In this document: positions 41,267-54,047 of the stretch, one piece after another | How the letters are laid out: each line of letters opens with the position of its first letter | Position numbering within the stretch: the first letter of the stretch is position 1 | Translations under genes and position numbers: made by a program | Source of the DNA: Vicugna vicugna | Lineage: Eukaryota | Length of the DNA stretch: 64,000 bases | Assembly: GCA_013265495.1 (NCBI GenBank) | Contig: MU058221.1 | Location: forward strand, 4,944,066 to 5,008,065 | Direction: 5' to 3' | The notes under the pieces: generated by a model | Database searches by the model: none | Told to the model about the DNA's origin: nothing | What the model saw: only the letters and a program-made list of their open reading frames with translations

Positions 41267-42493
41267 GTAAGTCTGTTTTGCCTGAAGGCGCCGCAGTGGC
41301 ACCCTCGCCGGCCTCGTCCCATGTCATGCCTCCCCTCACCTTCCCAGAGGCCTAGCGGTGTTGCCGCGGGTGTGTGAGCTATACGGCCCGGGGTGAGGCA
41401 TGCAGCTGCTGCCTGTGCACGGCCTTACCACTGCCACCTCAGCACACACCGCCCGGGATGCTGTGGATGGGAGATGCCAGCCCTGACCCTGGCTGGTGAC
41501 CCCGGTCCTTCCCCGCCGTCCATCCGCCCCGGGCAGCTGTGTTCTCCTTTCTCTCCTGTTGGAGCTCGCTCAGCATGGCCTCTGCTTCCCCCTCGTAGCT
41601 GCAAGGCAGCAGTTGAAGAGGCTCTCCTGTACAGGATGTTACAGGAGTGGTTAATTAAAACCCGTGCAAACAGAAATCCCAGCGGGCAACATGCCGCCAA
41701 GGAAGGTCTGGAGGGTCCTGGGAAGAGGGGCGGTGGGATCTGACAGGCCTCCTCGCCTCCGGGGCTTCCAATGGACTGAAACTGGACTGAAATTGATATG
41801 ATAGGAGACGTGCCCGGGACCCCGCGTTCCTCCGTCCTGGACTTTTCTTAGGAGCTTGGGGCCGGCTCCCCACAAGCACATATCCCACCAGCTAACTGGT
41901 ATTGTCCTTTGCGCAGTGGGTCTCAGAACCAAAGAGGGTGCAGCCAGAAGGAACCCCAGCTGGCGTGACCTATCCATTTCACAGACAGGGAGCTCCTGGG
42001 AGACCTGATGCTTCTTAAACATTATGGAAAATTTTGGTGGTTCCCTTCACACACATTCCCCTTTCCACCACACTGGGTTGTTTGAAAGCAAATCCCAGAC
42101 ATTATTTCCTCTCGTTTCAGGACGTTTTAAGATATCCAATAGTCCTTTTCATTACAAGTTTAGAGTCCAGGTGAGGAGAAGGAAGTTCTGTGCAAATAAG
42201 TAACGGCACAGTGAGCCTGCAGGATTTCCAGTCATGAGAGCAGCTTACAGTGACAGAGCCCTCGATGGTTGTCAAAGCAATGCCACATGTAGTTCTTAGG
42301 TGACCAGCACAGCCATCTGCTGGGGAGACAGGTGGGGACTGAGTGAGCAGCAGGGCCAGCCGTCCAGTGCAGGCTGCCCTGAGGGGTTCTGTGGTGAGCA
42401 TCCTGTTGAACAAGCACCCCAGGGGGCAGGCGGGGGCGGTACCTCTGGCCCTCCTGACTCCAGAATGGCCGTGGATGGCCGGGTGCAAGGCGC

Positions 42494-42512
42494 TGGTGCC
42501 CTCTAGTGGTCA
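42494..42512 (-). promoter_or_regulatory. Predicted CTCF site, reverse
   Basis: Minus strand reads TGACCACTAGAGGGCACCA. Confidence 0.65.
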
Positions 42513-45269
42513 GTCACGGTGGAGGACTTGGCCACCCTGCCACAAAGCTGGCTTGTCCCCTCCCAGCACAGCTGTCTCTCTTTAACTGCTTCAAGTCTTT
42601 GCTTGCCCACCACTCATCCTGTAGCGTCCCCTAGCCCACCCCAGCAGACCCTGCATCTCTTCTTGCTTCCTTCCACATGCTGTCTCTCTACGTATCATCC
42701 AAAATCTCCATCTACGTTTCGAGGAAGTGAGTTCCCTTTAAAACTAGCACATATACTCTAAGTTTCCCAGAGTAATCCATCTCTGAAAAACCAAATGAAA
42801 AGCCTTCGTCCCGCCCTCCTCCTCCTGTGATACATTATCCTATTTCCCTTCCAACGTTCACCACCCAGTTTCACACAAGGACTAGAATGTCCACCCACCC
42901 ATCCCTGAATCATTTATTCTTCCAGTTCATTCGCCATCTAATACCTGAGCCCAGTCATTTGCCCTACTTCTTCTCAACCCTCTGGTTCTTAGAATTCTCC
43001 TTTCCTTGGCTCTGGGAGACCGTATTAATATACATTATCAAGTTTTTCTTTTCCTTCTAGACTCTTTTCCTCAAATAAATCAGCTACTCATCCTCATTTA
43101 TGATCTCAGTGGAAATGACATGAAACACACAGAAGCCCTGAGCTGTCCACAAGGTTCTGTGCCCATAGCTCCCACTGCCAAGCAAACCCCCAGCTGTTGC
43201 AGGTGTGTGTTGTGCGGATGCTGGCCCAGCACCGTGATGGAGCAGGGACTCCTTGTTTCTCTGAGAGTGGAGAAGCAGGAACAGTGGATACATTACATTG
43301 TAGAAAGCACAATGGATGCTTGTCTAGTAAGTATCATAGTCTGTACTCTAGTATAATAGAAAAGCAGACACTGGCCTTAGAAGCTTAAAGAACGTTTATG
43401 GGAGAAAACCTTAAGTAGCTTGAAATTCTGTACACCATCTTCAATTTTTGAGTCAGAGCTTCTCATTCTGACTTCTGAGATAAATAACACGTATTGGCAG
43501 GAGCCAAACCTCAGATGCCTGGTGAGGATGCTCCGCGTGCGGGAGGTTGCGTCTTATAGCGGGTTTCAGCCCCAGCTCCACCTCTTCCCACTTGTGCGGC
43601 TTCAGGAGATGGCGTCGTCTCTCCTTGCCTCGGTTTCCTCACCTATAAAACGGGAATTAGAAGAGGACGTGGCCTCCGAGATGTGAGAAAATGGGCCCGT
43701 GCATTGTGATGCGTCTAGAACAGTGCTCACTTGCCCGAAGTGAGCCTCCGTAACTGTTAGCTTGCTCCAACCTTCCTGCCATCACCACCCCTAGCACTGC
43801 TATCATCATTAAGAGATGGAAAGAACAATTAAAGTACTGTTTAATCAGCAGGTGAAGAGGTGATGAGGGCCTGATTTAGGTGCCAGGTCAAACAGGCGCA
43901 TTGCAAAGTAATAGAGATAATGAGCTGTAAAATCTGGCATCTAATCTGCCCAGGATATGATTTAACTGGTCTGGGGCAGGGCTGTTTGTTTTTTAAGCAC
44001 CCCAGGAGATTCTAAGGGGCAGCCAGAGCTGAGAATCACTGCCCTCACTGCAAATCAGAGGCAGAAGCGAGGGAGCCAGGGATCATCCCGGTTTCCTAGA
44101 TGCTGGGTTCTCTAGGCTGGAGGCAGGAGCAGGTAAGCAGGTGACTGGAAGTAGTCAGAGGTTTGGACACTGGCTTTTTTTCTTAGAAAAATGGAAACAC
44201 TTGATTATGAAATTCCTTTTGGGCATCATGAGCAAACTATTTTAAGATGAGGTTTGCCCTGGGAGAAGGGCAAATGAAGGAAACAGCCTGCATGCTTGCA
44301 GAGATGTGAGTCATGTGGAAGCTGCCTGTCAGGGAAATGTGTATAAACAAGCCGTAACTGGGCCGGGGCCGGGATGGAGTTAAGTGTTATTGCTGCTTGA
44401 ATTTTTATGCCTTCAAAACAAGCTCTAAAAAGTAAGTAGCAGTGATGTTTCTCATGTCAGTATCTGTAGTGTCTGATCACTGCACGGAGACTGCGATCCA
44501 GATCCCTCCCCCTGGCCCCTGTCATTCCCCGCACCTGCCCCCTGGAAGGCTGTGCCCAACCACACAAAACAAATATATGCACTTCCAGAGTTTAACTGGC
44601 TGGAAGATAGGAATCTTGTCTGTTTTGTTCACCTTTGTTTATTTCACACCTGTCCGAGTGCCGGGCCCAGAATAGGCTCAAAGGAGCATTTGTGAATGGA
44701 CGGAGGATCAGTGATCTGGGGATCCGCTTCTGAGCCCCTCTGCCCCTGAGTCCAGTTCCTCTCCTCATTCAGGAGCTTTAATTAAATGAAATCATTTTTT
44801 GAAATCAGAAAAGAACGCTTGGGAAAATGCCAAAGCCCACAGAAGAAACCCTGTACTCCCACAGCCGCCAAACGTTTTGTTAATGTAGCATTTTGGTCTC
44901 GTTTCTGTGTGTGTCCCCCTGTAACTTGCTTTCTAGATAATGGCTGAGGTGCTTCCTTTGATCAGGTGAACACCCTGTTTTAGCCTTAAGCTTTGGGCTG
45001 CGCTCGGAGCTTCGTGTCCAAGCCAGGGCCTGGAAGCCCTCCTAAAGGGTGGCGGTCTCACCGCTGCGGCTTTGAGCTGAGAAGCCTGACTTTCCCAACA
45101 TGCCAGTTCCCGAGTAAAAACATTCATCGAGGTTTCCTTTTTTAAATGGTAGTTTCTCCATCGTCCCACCAGTGGTCCCGTGTAGACCCTAAAACCCATT
45201 ACGCAGTCTGTGGCTGCTCTGTACCGACTTCCAGTACTGGTTCCAATTCTTATTACACAGTAGTCACTT

Positions 45270-46200
45270 TGTATTTGGATATGAGTTTAAACTTCTAGAA
45301 AAATTGCAAGACTGATACAAGGAACTCCCATATACTCTTTATCCAGATTCAGAAAATTTGCCCCAGTCTTTGTCTCTCTCTCTCTCACTGTATGTGTGTA
45401 TATACACACACGTATATATGAGGGTTTTTTTTTTAACAATTTGTCAGTAAGTTGGAGACATTGTGACCCTATACCCCCAAATGCTTTAGATGTATTTCTT
45501 ATTTTTTTTTCTTTTTTTAATGGAAGTGCTGGGGATTGAACCTAGGGCTTCATGCATACTAAGCATGCGCTCTACTACTGAGCTATACCCTACCCCTCCA
45601 GATGTATTTCTTAAGATCAAAGGTAATATCTTACAATGACTGCAGTACAGGTATCAAAATCAATTATTATCTAAATCCACATATATGTTCCAATTTTGGT
45701 AATTGTCCCAGTAATGTCTGTTAAGCGGGGTGTGTTTCCTTGGCCCAGAGTGCAACCCAGGATCACACATTACATTTAGTTGTCATGTCCTTTAAGTCTC
45801 CTTTAGTCTCACGGACTTGCTCAGCCTTTGTCTTTTCCTGACCATGACATCTCTGGAGAAGCACAGACCAGCTGTTTTGTAGAATGTCCCTCAGTTTGGG
45901 TTTGTCCAAGGTTTCCTCGTGACTGATTTCGGGTGGTGTGTTTTTGGCAAGGACACCATCACACTGATGGGTCCCTCTCCCTGCATCACATCGGGGGACA
46001 GGCCTGCGATGTCCATTTGTCCCAGTGTCAGTGATGCTGGCTTCGATCATTTGGTTCAGGGGGTGTCTGACGTGTTTCCTCTGAAGTTACTCCTTCCCTT
46101 TGTAAGTAATCAGCGCTCTGTAGGGAGAGGCTTTGAAGCTACGTAAATGCCCAGTTTCTCATCAGACTTTCGCGCACTCTCCATGGCAGGCATTGACGAT
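45270..46200 (-). mobile_element. Old L1M-type 3'UTR relic containing a SINE
   Basis: agaaaaattgcaag...gaactcccatatac and ccagctgttttgtagaatgtccctcagtttgggtttgtc resemble L1MC/MD 3' ends. Confidence 0.65.
45502..45599 (-). mobile_element. tRNA-derived SINE, Vic-1-like short form
   Basis: Perfect 14-bp TSD AGATGTATTTCTTA at 45488-45501 and 45600-45613. Confidence 0.92.
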
Positions 46201-49065
46201 CATGTCATTCATTCATTAGTTTCTGCTACTGAGATTTAGCTTCGGGGAATCCTTCCTCATATCTCCCAGCTCATTAATCTGAATTAAGAGCAGAATGCAC
46301 ATCGTGACAAGTCAAATCTGTGCATTGAAGACACAGATGGAAAGGATGATGATGGAGAGAGGAGAGAAACTGAAAAACCAGTCCACAGACAGTGTTCCTG
46401 AAGAAGAGACCACAGCCAATGGGAAGAAAGACAACGGACAGTAAGAGAAGAAAGTGGAACTGGGCTTTGAAAACAAAACTTGCGTGTATAGCTTGAAAGA
46501 GCTCACTTGGATTTTACAAAGTAAATGAAAGTTGACATTCACCTAAACACATCCTGGCAACAATCTGAATTGCGAGGGTTAAAAACATTTTTTTCCTACA
46601 AGCATCTAATGCAGTGGTGGGGGGAAGACTGGTGTGAAAGGACCAAAAATAAAAATAATCTCAGGGCTCTCTTTTGCGTCTTTCATGCCAGCAAACAGCA
46701 GAAAAGGGGGCATTTTGATAAAGGAAGATGTATCCCAAGAGGTTTGTGCCTCGTCCAGTCTGCGAAGACCTCAGAAATGGGCCACTGCTTCCAAGAAGGA
46801 CCTGGGCATTTTCTCTTGCCGCTGCCCTCCAGAGGCCCTGGATTTACCGTGACATCTTTCAGAGCCTGCAGTGCCCTGCTTTTTAGGATGGCAGAATTGG
46901 CGAAGAGCTTACATTTTGCCTTTAAAGTGATATTAGTTAGAGACGGGTGTGCGTGGCACACACAGAGGGAGACTTGGGTTTTTTCCCCGGTTTTAATTAA
47001 GTTCCTATTTGCCCCTGCTTCTGTTCCATGTAAACCCACCGCTGTGAGGGGACTCACATTTTAGGAACAATTTCAGTTTCCTTCCCAAGTCCTATGTTTA
47101 AGTATAGTCTCTTGAAAACAGTTCTGGGCCCCAAAAGAGAAGGTTTCCTCAGTCAGTAAGCAGACTATTGACTGTGGCTACAGGATGTTTCTTAACTACT
47201 TAAAATCAGGTATGCTTAGCGACCCAGTGCAACTCTGAGGATCTTTCCTGGGCAGCCCTTGGCTGCTCTGTGACTGCTTTGTGTGTGATAAGCACAGAGT
47301 TTGGGCTTCTCTTTGCCTGAAACCTTACTATCCTTCCTATCTCTGAAGTTGGGATCAGGAGGAGAAGATAGTGAGTGAACACTAGGAGGTGGGGGCTCTG
47401 TGAAGGCCTCAAACCAGCTACTGAGAGAAGCAGCCGGACAGGAGCGGCAGGGCCATGTGGAGGGATGGTCTGTAGAGAAGTGGCTGGTCTGTCTGGGGTG
47501 GAGCTCTGTGGTGTGGCTTTACTTAGAGCTTGGAAGTAAGTCATGAACAGTAAGAGAGAGGATGCACTGCTTACTTTGGACCAGAAATTTCAAGGAGAAC
47601 TTTGGTTTGGCCCAACTCTAGAAACAGACTGAAATAGATGAGAAACACTTGAGCTAGGAAGGGGTCGGGTCTGTGTGACTGGACGGAAGGATTCAGATCC
47701 AAAGTGGCTCTGAGATGCTCTTCTTTGGGTAAAGCTGGATGCGGCTACTTTGCCAAGGGAACACCTGTGCCCTGGTTTGCAATGCCCTTTGTACCGAACA
47801 GGGGGTTACCTGCTGAGAGGTGTTCAGTGGTTCCCAGCATTCCTACCCCTGGCCTGGGCTTATGCTCCGGACATCCTGCCCCCAGGGGCAGCCAAGGAGC
47901 CAAGAAGCGGGAACTTTTCTTGAGACGCCACCTCCAAGGAGAGCTTTCCCTGGGTCAGCCCCAGGGGCCAGATCTTCCCAGCCTGACCAAGGAAACGTTC
48001 ACCTTCCTTTCTCTTTCTGTGAACCCGCCACCTTCCCATTCATCTTCTGGACAATGATGCCTCCTAATGGGAACCAGTAATGCCTCACAGAATGTTTAAG
48101 TGAGGACACCTGCATTTTCAAATATAATTCACATTTCCCTTCTTTGTGCTTAACTCTGCCACCCGTTCGGTGCTGTTTGCCAGTTTCTGATGAAGCCAAA
48201 TGCAACAGCACATGACCAGTCATGGTTTCATAATGCTAGTATTTTAAGATGACTATATGTGCATGTACCAAACCATCACACAGGACACGTGAAATATATT
48301 ACAGTCTTACTTGTTGATTATACCTCAACAAAGCCAAAAGAAATTAATTTTTAAAAGATGGTTCTAAATGACGTAAATAAAAAACAGATGCACAAGAGGC
48401 CTGAATGAACGGAGATGTGCCAAATGATGGTAATGACTGGGTTGAGCTAGTGTCGTTTTTTTCTAAATGTTTTAAAGTATAATTTGTATTTCTTTCTTAG
48501 GGAATTTGTATTTATCATAAGTATATTTTATACTTATTATAAATAAATTTTATATTTATCATATGTATATTTTTAAGTAGGTAATAATTAAAGTTGGAAA
48601 ATACAGAAAGAGAAACAAGAAAAACAAAAGGCACCATAGTTCCACCACTCAGACATACCTACTGTTGACATTTTGGTGTGCTTCTGATCTTTTTTTTTAA
48701 ATCATAGAGTTTATGTGTTTTTTAAAAATTATAATCATTCTGTGTAATTCTTTTATCACTTACCATTACTTTAGTAATGATTCTATTGCTTTTATGGTAC
48801 TGAAAATCACCCTTTAGACAAAGCTGTTTCTAAGAAAGCTTGATGCATCAAGATCCTAGAAATCTGACCCTAAAATATTTTTTAATACTCTTATTTGTGT
48901 ATGTGCATGCACGTAGAGGCCTCTTCAAAAGCCAGTTAAGGGAACAGGTGAAAACAGTAAGAAGAAAATAATTCTAGAATTTCTCATGCAACGTCAGATG
49001 AGCCCAAAGAGGGAGGTGATAGGAAGTTGTACAATGGGAGGTACCAGCAGGGCTCGGCCGAGTGC

Positions 49066-49084
49066 CAGCGCCACCTAGTGGTCA
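49066..49084 (-). promoter_or_regulatory. Predicted CTCF site, reverse
   Basis: Minus strand reads TGACCACTAGGTGGCGCTG, a near-consensus match. Confidence 0.75.
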
Positions 49085-49103
49085 TGGTCAATTCTAAGTT
49101 CTT

Positions 49104-49787
49104 TTTTTTTTTTTTTTTACATTTTTTACTGATTTATAATCGTTTTACAATGTTGTGTCAAATTCCAGTGTAGAGCACAATTTTTCAGTTATACATGAAC
49201 ACATATATAGTCATTGTCACATTTTCTTCTCTGTGAGCTACCATAAGATCTTGTGTATATTTCCCTGTGCTGTACAGTATAATCTTGTTTATCTATTCTA
49301 CAATTTTGAAATCCCGTCTACCCCTTCCCACCCTCCGCCCCCTTGGCAACCACAAGTTTGTATCCTATGTCTATGAGTCTATTTCTGTTTTGTATTTATG
49401 CTTTTTTATTTTTGTTTTTGTCTTTTAGATTCCACATATGAGCGATCTCATATGGTATTTTTCTCTCTCTTTCTGGCTTACTTCACTTAGAATGACATTC
49501 TCCAGGAGCATCCATGTTGCTACAAATGGCGTTATGTTGTCAGTTTTTATGGCTGCATAGTATTCCATTGTATAAATATACCACATCTTCTTTATCCAGT
49601 CATCTGTTGATGGACATTTAGGCTGTTTCCATGTCTTGGCTATTGTAAATAGTGCTGCTATGAACATTGGGGTGCAGGTGTCATCCTGAAGTAGGGTTCC
49701 TTCTGGATATAAGCCCAGGAGTGGGATGACTGGGTCATATGGTAAGTCTATTCCTAGTCTTTTGAGGAATCTCCATACTGTTTTCCA
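49104..49787 (-). mobile_element. Young 5'-truncated LINE-1
   Basis: Perfect 16-bp TSD TCAATTCTAAGTTCTT at 49088-49103 and 49788-49803; pure poly(T); intact ORF2 C-terminus MFIAALFTIAKTWKQPKCPSTDDWIKKMWYIYTMEYY; TT/AAGAA endonuclease-like target. Confidence 0.95.
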
Positions 49788-51079
49788 TCAATTCTAAGTT
49801 CTTAAGCGTCTGAATTGTTGACCTCACATCTGTGGGTCTGGTTTCTGGACCCCTGGGCTCTGGACGCCTGGGCTCGTTGCCTGCTCCAATACTCTGCCTC
49901 TCATCTCTGCTTAGCCTGCTAAAATGGAGCCAGGCTACCATCAGCACACGAATACCTAGGAGATGTGCAGACTGTAGCTTGCATGATGAGCACCAAAGGG
50001 GCAACTGAGTAAAAGGAAAAAAGGGCTCAGGGAATCAGTGCAATTAAACATTCAGCCAGGAAGACAGCAGTTTGGAATTCTGGCCCCTGACATGCCTCCA
50101 AATCATTGTTTCTTTTTACAAATTTCTTTTTAAATAAATCTCTTCTCCATTTGTAACTCATTTACCTCATTATCCAATCCCCCCCGCCAAAAAAGTATCT
50201 TCAGTCCTTTCTCTGACAGATATGTTGTGATTAGACTGTTGGGAAGGGCGCCAGTGCTGGGAAAACACTATGGAAGGGCTGATATGAATCCATGTCTGCA
50301 CCTACTGGCTGTGTGTCCCAGGCTGTCACTTAATCGTCCCAAGCTCTGTTTCCTTGTTTGTCAAATGAAGCTAATCGTAGCTTTGCTAGGTTATAATAAG
50401 GATTGTAGCCATTTTTCAAAATTAATAAAAAGCCTTATTGTTAAGTCAGAATAGGTTAAAACAGTTTAAAAAATTAATTCAGTTTACTAATTTCCAGGAC
50501 ACGCAGGTTTTTCCCCTTTTTAACGTTTGTGAAATCAGGAAGGGTCAATGACCTGCTAGTGTTTTTTGCTTTCTTAACAGTTATATAAAATAATGGCATT
50601 CCTTAGGTTCAGGGGTATTTTAAATGAAATGTAGTCATTAGGTCAGCAGAGCGTTTGAAACACTCCAGGGAGAGCTGTTTCAGGTGCTCTTGGTGGTGTC
50701 TGCAAAGCCTGAACGTGACAGCTGGTCACGTGAGGTCTGATGGTGCCCGTTCCCTCGCTGCTCTGGTCCCAGCCTCAGACCTGCACCCGGGAGCTGCTAT
50801 GTCTGCGAAGCATATCTGGAGAGCATGTGTTGGACCTTTCGCTGGGGTTACCCAGAGCACGGTTTACAATTCGGCAGCCCGCAGCACCCCACAGTATACA
50901 TGCAGTCAATAGTGGTGGGTCGTTTCTGAAGCAGGTATGTAGGAGGGTGGGTGGAATCCCTCCTCTGATCCTGCTGTGTAGATGGCTGCTTTCTCGCAAG
51001 GACTCTGTGAGGACTGAACGGGATGCTGCGTGGAAAATACTTGGCATGCACGCGACTCAGTAAACAACCGCAGGTTTTA

Positions 51080-51582
51080 CAGGCAGACCTCGTTCTACCA
51101 CTCTTCGCTTTACTGCATTTCTCCGATAATTGTATTTTTTTACGGATTGAAGGTTTATGGCAACCCTGTGTCGACCAAGTCTGTCGGCCCTATTTTTCCA
51201 ACAGCATTTGCTCAGTTTGCATCCCTGTGTCACATTTTGGCAATTCTTACAGTATATCAAACTTTTTCATGATTATTATGTTTGTTGTGGTGATCTGTGG
51301 TCCCGTGATCTTTGATGTTACTATTGCAAAAGAGATTACAACGCGCTGAAGGCTCAGGTGATGGTTAGCACCTTTTAACAATAAAGTATTTTTTAGTTAG
51401 GGTATGTAGATTGCTTTAGGCAGAATGTCAGTGCACCCGTAACAGATGACAGTGTAGTGTCAACATAACTTTTTTTTTAACGTAACTTTTATATGTGCTG
51501 GGGAGCCAAAAAATTCATGTGATTTGTTCGCGTTATTGCTGTGCCCTGGACCCGAGCCCGCAGTATCTGCAGGCTCTGCCGG
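51080..51582. mobile_element. Internally deleted Tigger1 derivative (Tigger1a-like)
   Basis: TA-flanked; left TIR caggcagacctcg and degenerate right TIR gcaggctctgccgg; internal sequence matches recalled Tigger1 ends. Confidence 0.8.
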
Positions 51583-51633
51583 TACTTTCCATCTCCTTGG
51601 CAACCGTCCTTAGCCTTCCTCTCTGTCTTCCAG

Positions 51634-51766
51634 TCGAATAAAGTTCCTGTTGTTCAGCACCCGCATCACATGCACCCGTTGACACCTCTCATCACCTACA
51701 GCAATGACCACTTCTCCCCCGGCTCCCCTCCCGCACACCTGTCCCCAGAGATCGATCCAAAGACAG
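51634..51766 (+). CDS. TCF7L1: TCF7L1 coding exon 5 (133 nt), [44 protein letters not shown]
   Basis: ttccag acceptor and CAG|gtgagt donor; conserved TCF/LEF context-dependent (Groucho/TLE-interacting) region. Confidence 0.97.
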
Positions 51767-52604
51767 GTGAGTCGGCTGTGGCCCAGGCTGGGCCTGGCCC
51801 AGAGCTTGAGAGGGGGCAGGCTTCCTTCTCCATCTCAGCCCTGGAATCAGGCAGACCTGGGTTCAAACCATGTCTCCGACTCACAAGAGTCTGTAACCTT
51901 GCCCACTAACTTTAGCCTTTTCAGTTTTCTCAGCTGTCCCTTACCTGTCCCGTCTATGTAGGGTCACTGTGAGGATAAGGAAGAGAAATGAGATAACCCC
52001 TGGGGCCTGGTCCCACAGCACGCATTTGGTGCTGTTCGGCCGCTGTTTCTCTCACTTTAGGTTCTCAACGCTTTAGGAGTGGGATGAGCTGGAAGGGAAA
52101 AAACATCTCCTTTTTCATTGACTTTGAAGTCCAGCCCAGCTGCAGGCTGTGCCTCCCTAAACCCAGACCTGTGCCCTAAACCGAACATCCTCAAGTACAC
52201 TCGGTCCAGCCAGGTGCATATGTATAGCTACAAAGCAGTAAGGCTGAGCTGGCTTCTTTTTTCCACTTGCCCAAACTGTCCATCCCAGAGGGAGCCACAG
52301 TGTTTATCAATTCCCACCAAGTTGCCATGGCTCAAAGCATCTTCGGAGCCCCTCTTTAGAGAAAGCATAGTTCCTACCAGTTACAGATAATGAGGAGGAC
52401 AAATGTGGATGGGAGATCCAAAGTCTATTTTTCCGTGAACAAGGTGGGTTTTCTAGCTGACGACTCTGGGGATATCTTGGGTCTCTCAGTCCAAGATTGC
52501 TGCCTGTCTCTTAAACGACTCCTATGTAAGTAGCTGGGAGTTGCTGGTGTAAGGTGTTCAGGTAGAGCCAGGGAACCATCTGACATATCTCTCTTTGGAA
52601 GCAG

Positions 52605-52707
52605 GAATCCCTCGGCCCCCTCACCCATCTGAGCTGTCGCCATATTACCCACTGTCTCCCGGAGCTGTCGGACAAATCCCCCATCCCCTCGGCTGGCTCG
52701 TCCCACA
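52605..52707 (+). CDS. TCF7L1: TCF7L1 coding exon 6 (103 nt), [35 protein letters not shown]
   Basis: gcag acceptor and ACA|gtaagg donor; frame continues from exon 5; ends in the LVPQ motif. Confidence 0.96.
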
Positions 52708-52979
52708 GTAAGGAAACTTACAGCCTTTCTTAGCCTCCCTCCTTCCCTATGCTGAGCTCTGCCTTCCGGACCTCCAGCCTGCCCTGGGGTCCCACAGGCG
52801 CCCTTTCATCAAAGCCGGGGACGGACCTCCCTGCCCTCCCCAGGGCAGCTTCCTCCCAACTCCTACTTCCTGCCTTTTACTTAATCATCCTTTCTTCCCA
52901 ACCCCCCTCCTTCCCTGCCTTGGATGTTCCCATTTTAGCCAATCTGCTGACCGGATTTCCTTGCTCCTGGTCCCTGTAG

Positions 52980-53063
52980 GCAAGGACAGCCCATGTACTC
53001 CCTTCCTCCCGGTGGCTTCCGGCACCCCTACCCTGCCCTTGCCATGAACGCCTCGATGTCCAG
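52980..53063 (+). CDS. TCF7L1: TCF7L1 coding exon 7 (84 nt), [27 protein letters not shown]
   Basis: ctgtag acceptor and CAG|gtgagt donor; frame continuous. Confidence 0.96.
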
Positions 53064-53551
53064 GTGAGTCCTGGGGCTGGGGCTGTGAGCATGAAATGGC
53101 AGCATTGGGGATGGTCGTCTATTAGCATTCGTGCCAGTTGTGACCGTTACACAGCCTTCTCTGGGCAGGGGCTCACCTTCCGTCCTTCCCCACCTCTCTG
53201 ACGAGGCACCTCCTCACGCCCCTGGTGGGGACGGAGACCACAGGCTCAGCTCGCTCGTGCCTGCCTCTCTGAGAGAAGAATGGCAAAGCCCTCGCACCCA
53301 GCCCTTCTGCACCCAGTCCCCCCGTGGGCTGGGCTCTGTGGCCCTGAGCATTTTGTGTGCATCACACTGAAGCCAGAGACTGGGAGAGGATTAACTGTTC
53401 CTGAAATGACGTCAGGACGGGGGACAGTGTGGGGATTCTGTCTCAGGGGCCGATCTACCTGGCAACAGCACCTCCAGTGACAAAGGCCACGCATCGCACA
53501 GCACAGGCCCTTCCTTGCCCTCCGTGTGCCCTGGCCGCTGACCCGCTGCAC

Positions 53552-53680
53552 TTTCTTTTTTTTTTCTAGGAGGGGGAAGTATTAGGTTTGTTTGTTTGTT
53601 TAATGGAGGTACTGGGGGTTGAACCAAAGGACCTCATGCATGCTAAGCACCCCTGAGCTACACCCTCCCACCTCCGCCAC
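53552..53680 (-). mobile_element. tRNA-derived SINE, Vic-1-like, in intron 7
   Basis: taatggaggtactgggggttgaacc...catgcatgctaagc...ctgagctacaccc with T-tail. Confidence 0.88.
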
Positions 53681-53903
53681 ACCTTTTCTCTGTGTTTTTT
53701 GTCCTACCTGCTTTCTGCACCAGATGGAGGAATCTTGTGCGTTTGTGGGGGCGGGGAGGTTAGTCGGTGTCCCAAACTGGGTTCTGCCGCGGTCAGTGCG
53801 TGGCCTTCCATGCCCCAGCTCCGCCCCAGCAGGGGTGTCTACTGGTGGGTGACAGGCTGCAGCCTGACTCCGTCTGTTGTCTTTGTTTCCACCTGGCACG
53901 CAG

Positions 53904-54047
53904 CCTGGTTTCCAGTCGGTTCTCCCCTCACATGGTGGCTCCGGCCCATCCTGGTCTGCCCACCTCAGGGATCCCCCACCCCGCCATCGTCTCCCCCATC
54001 GTGAAGCAGGAACCGGCGCCCCCCAGCCTGAGCCCGGCAGTGAGCGC
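53904..54047 (+). CDS. TCF7L1: TCF7L1 coding exon 8 (144 nt), [49 protein letters not shown]
   Basis: cgcag acceptor and CGC|gtgagt donor; contains the SxxSS motif and a VKQE SUMO-consensus motif. Confidence 0.96.

Noticed and set aside
30176..52814. TCF/LEF consensus sites (e.g. CCTTTGATC 44955, AGATCAAAGG 45614, CTTTGATC 30176 and 40954) suggesting autoregulation
   Set aside because: About four CTTTGATS matches are expected by chance in 64 kb; the roughly six seen are unclustered and some lie in repeats.
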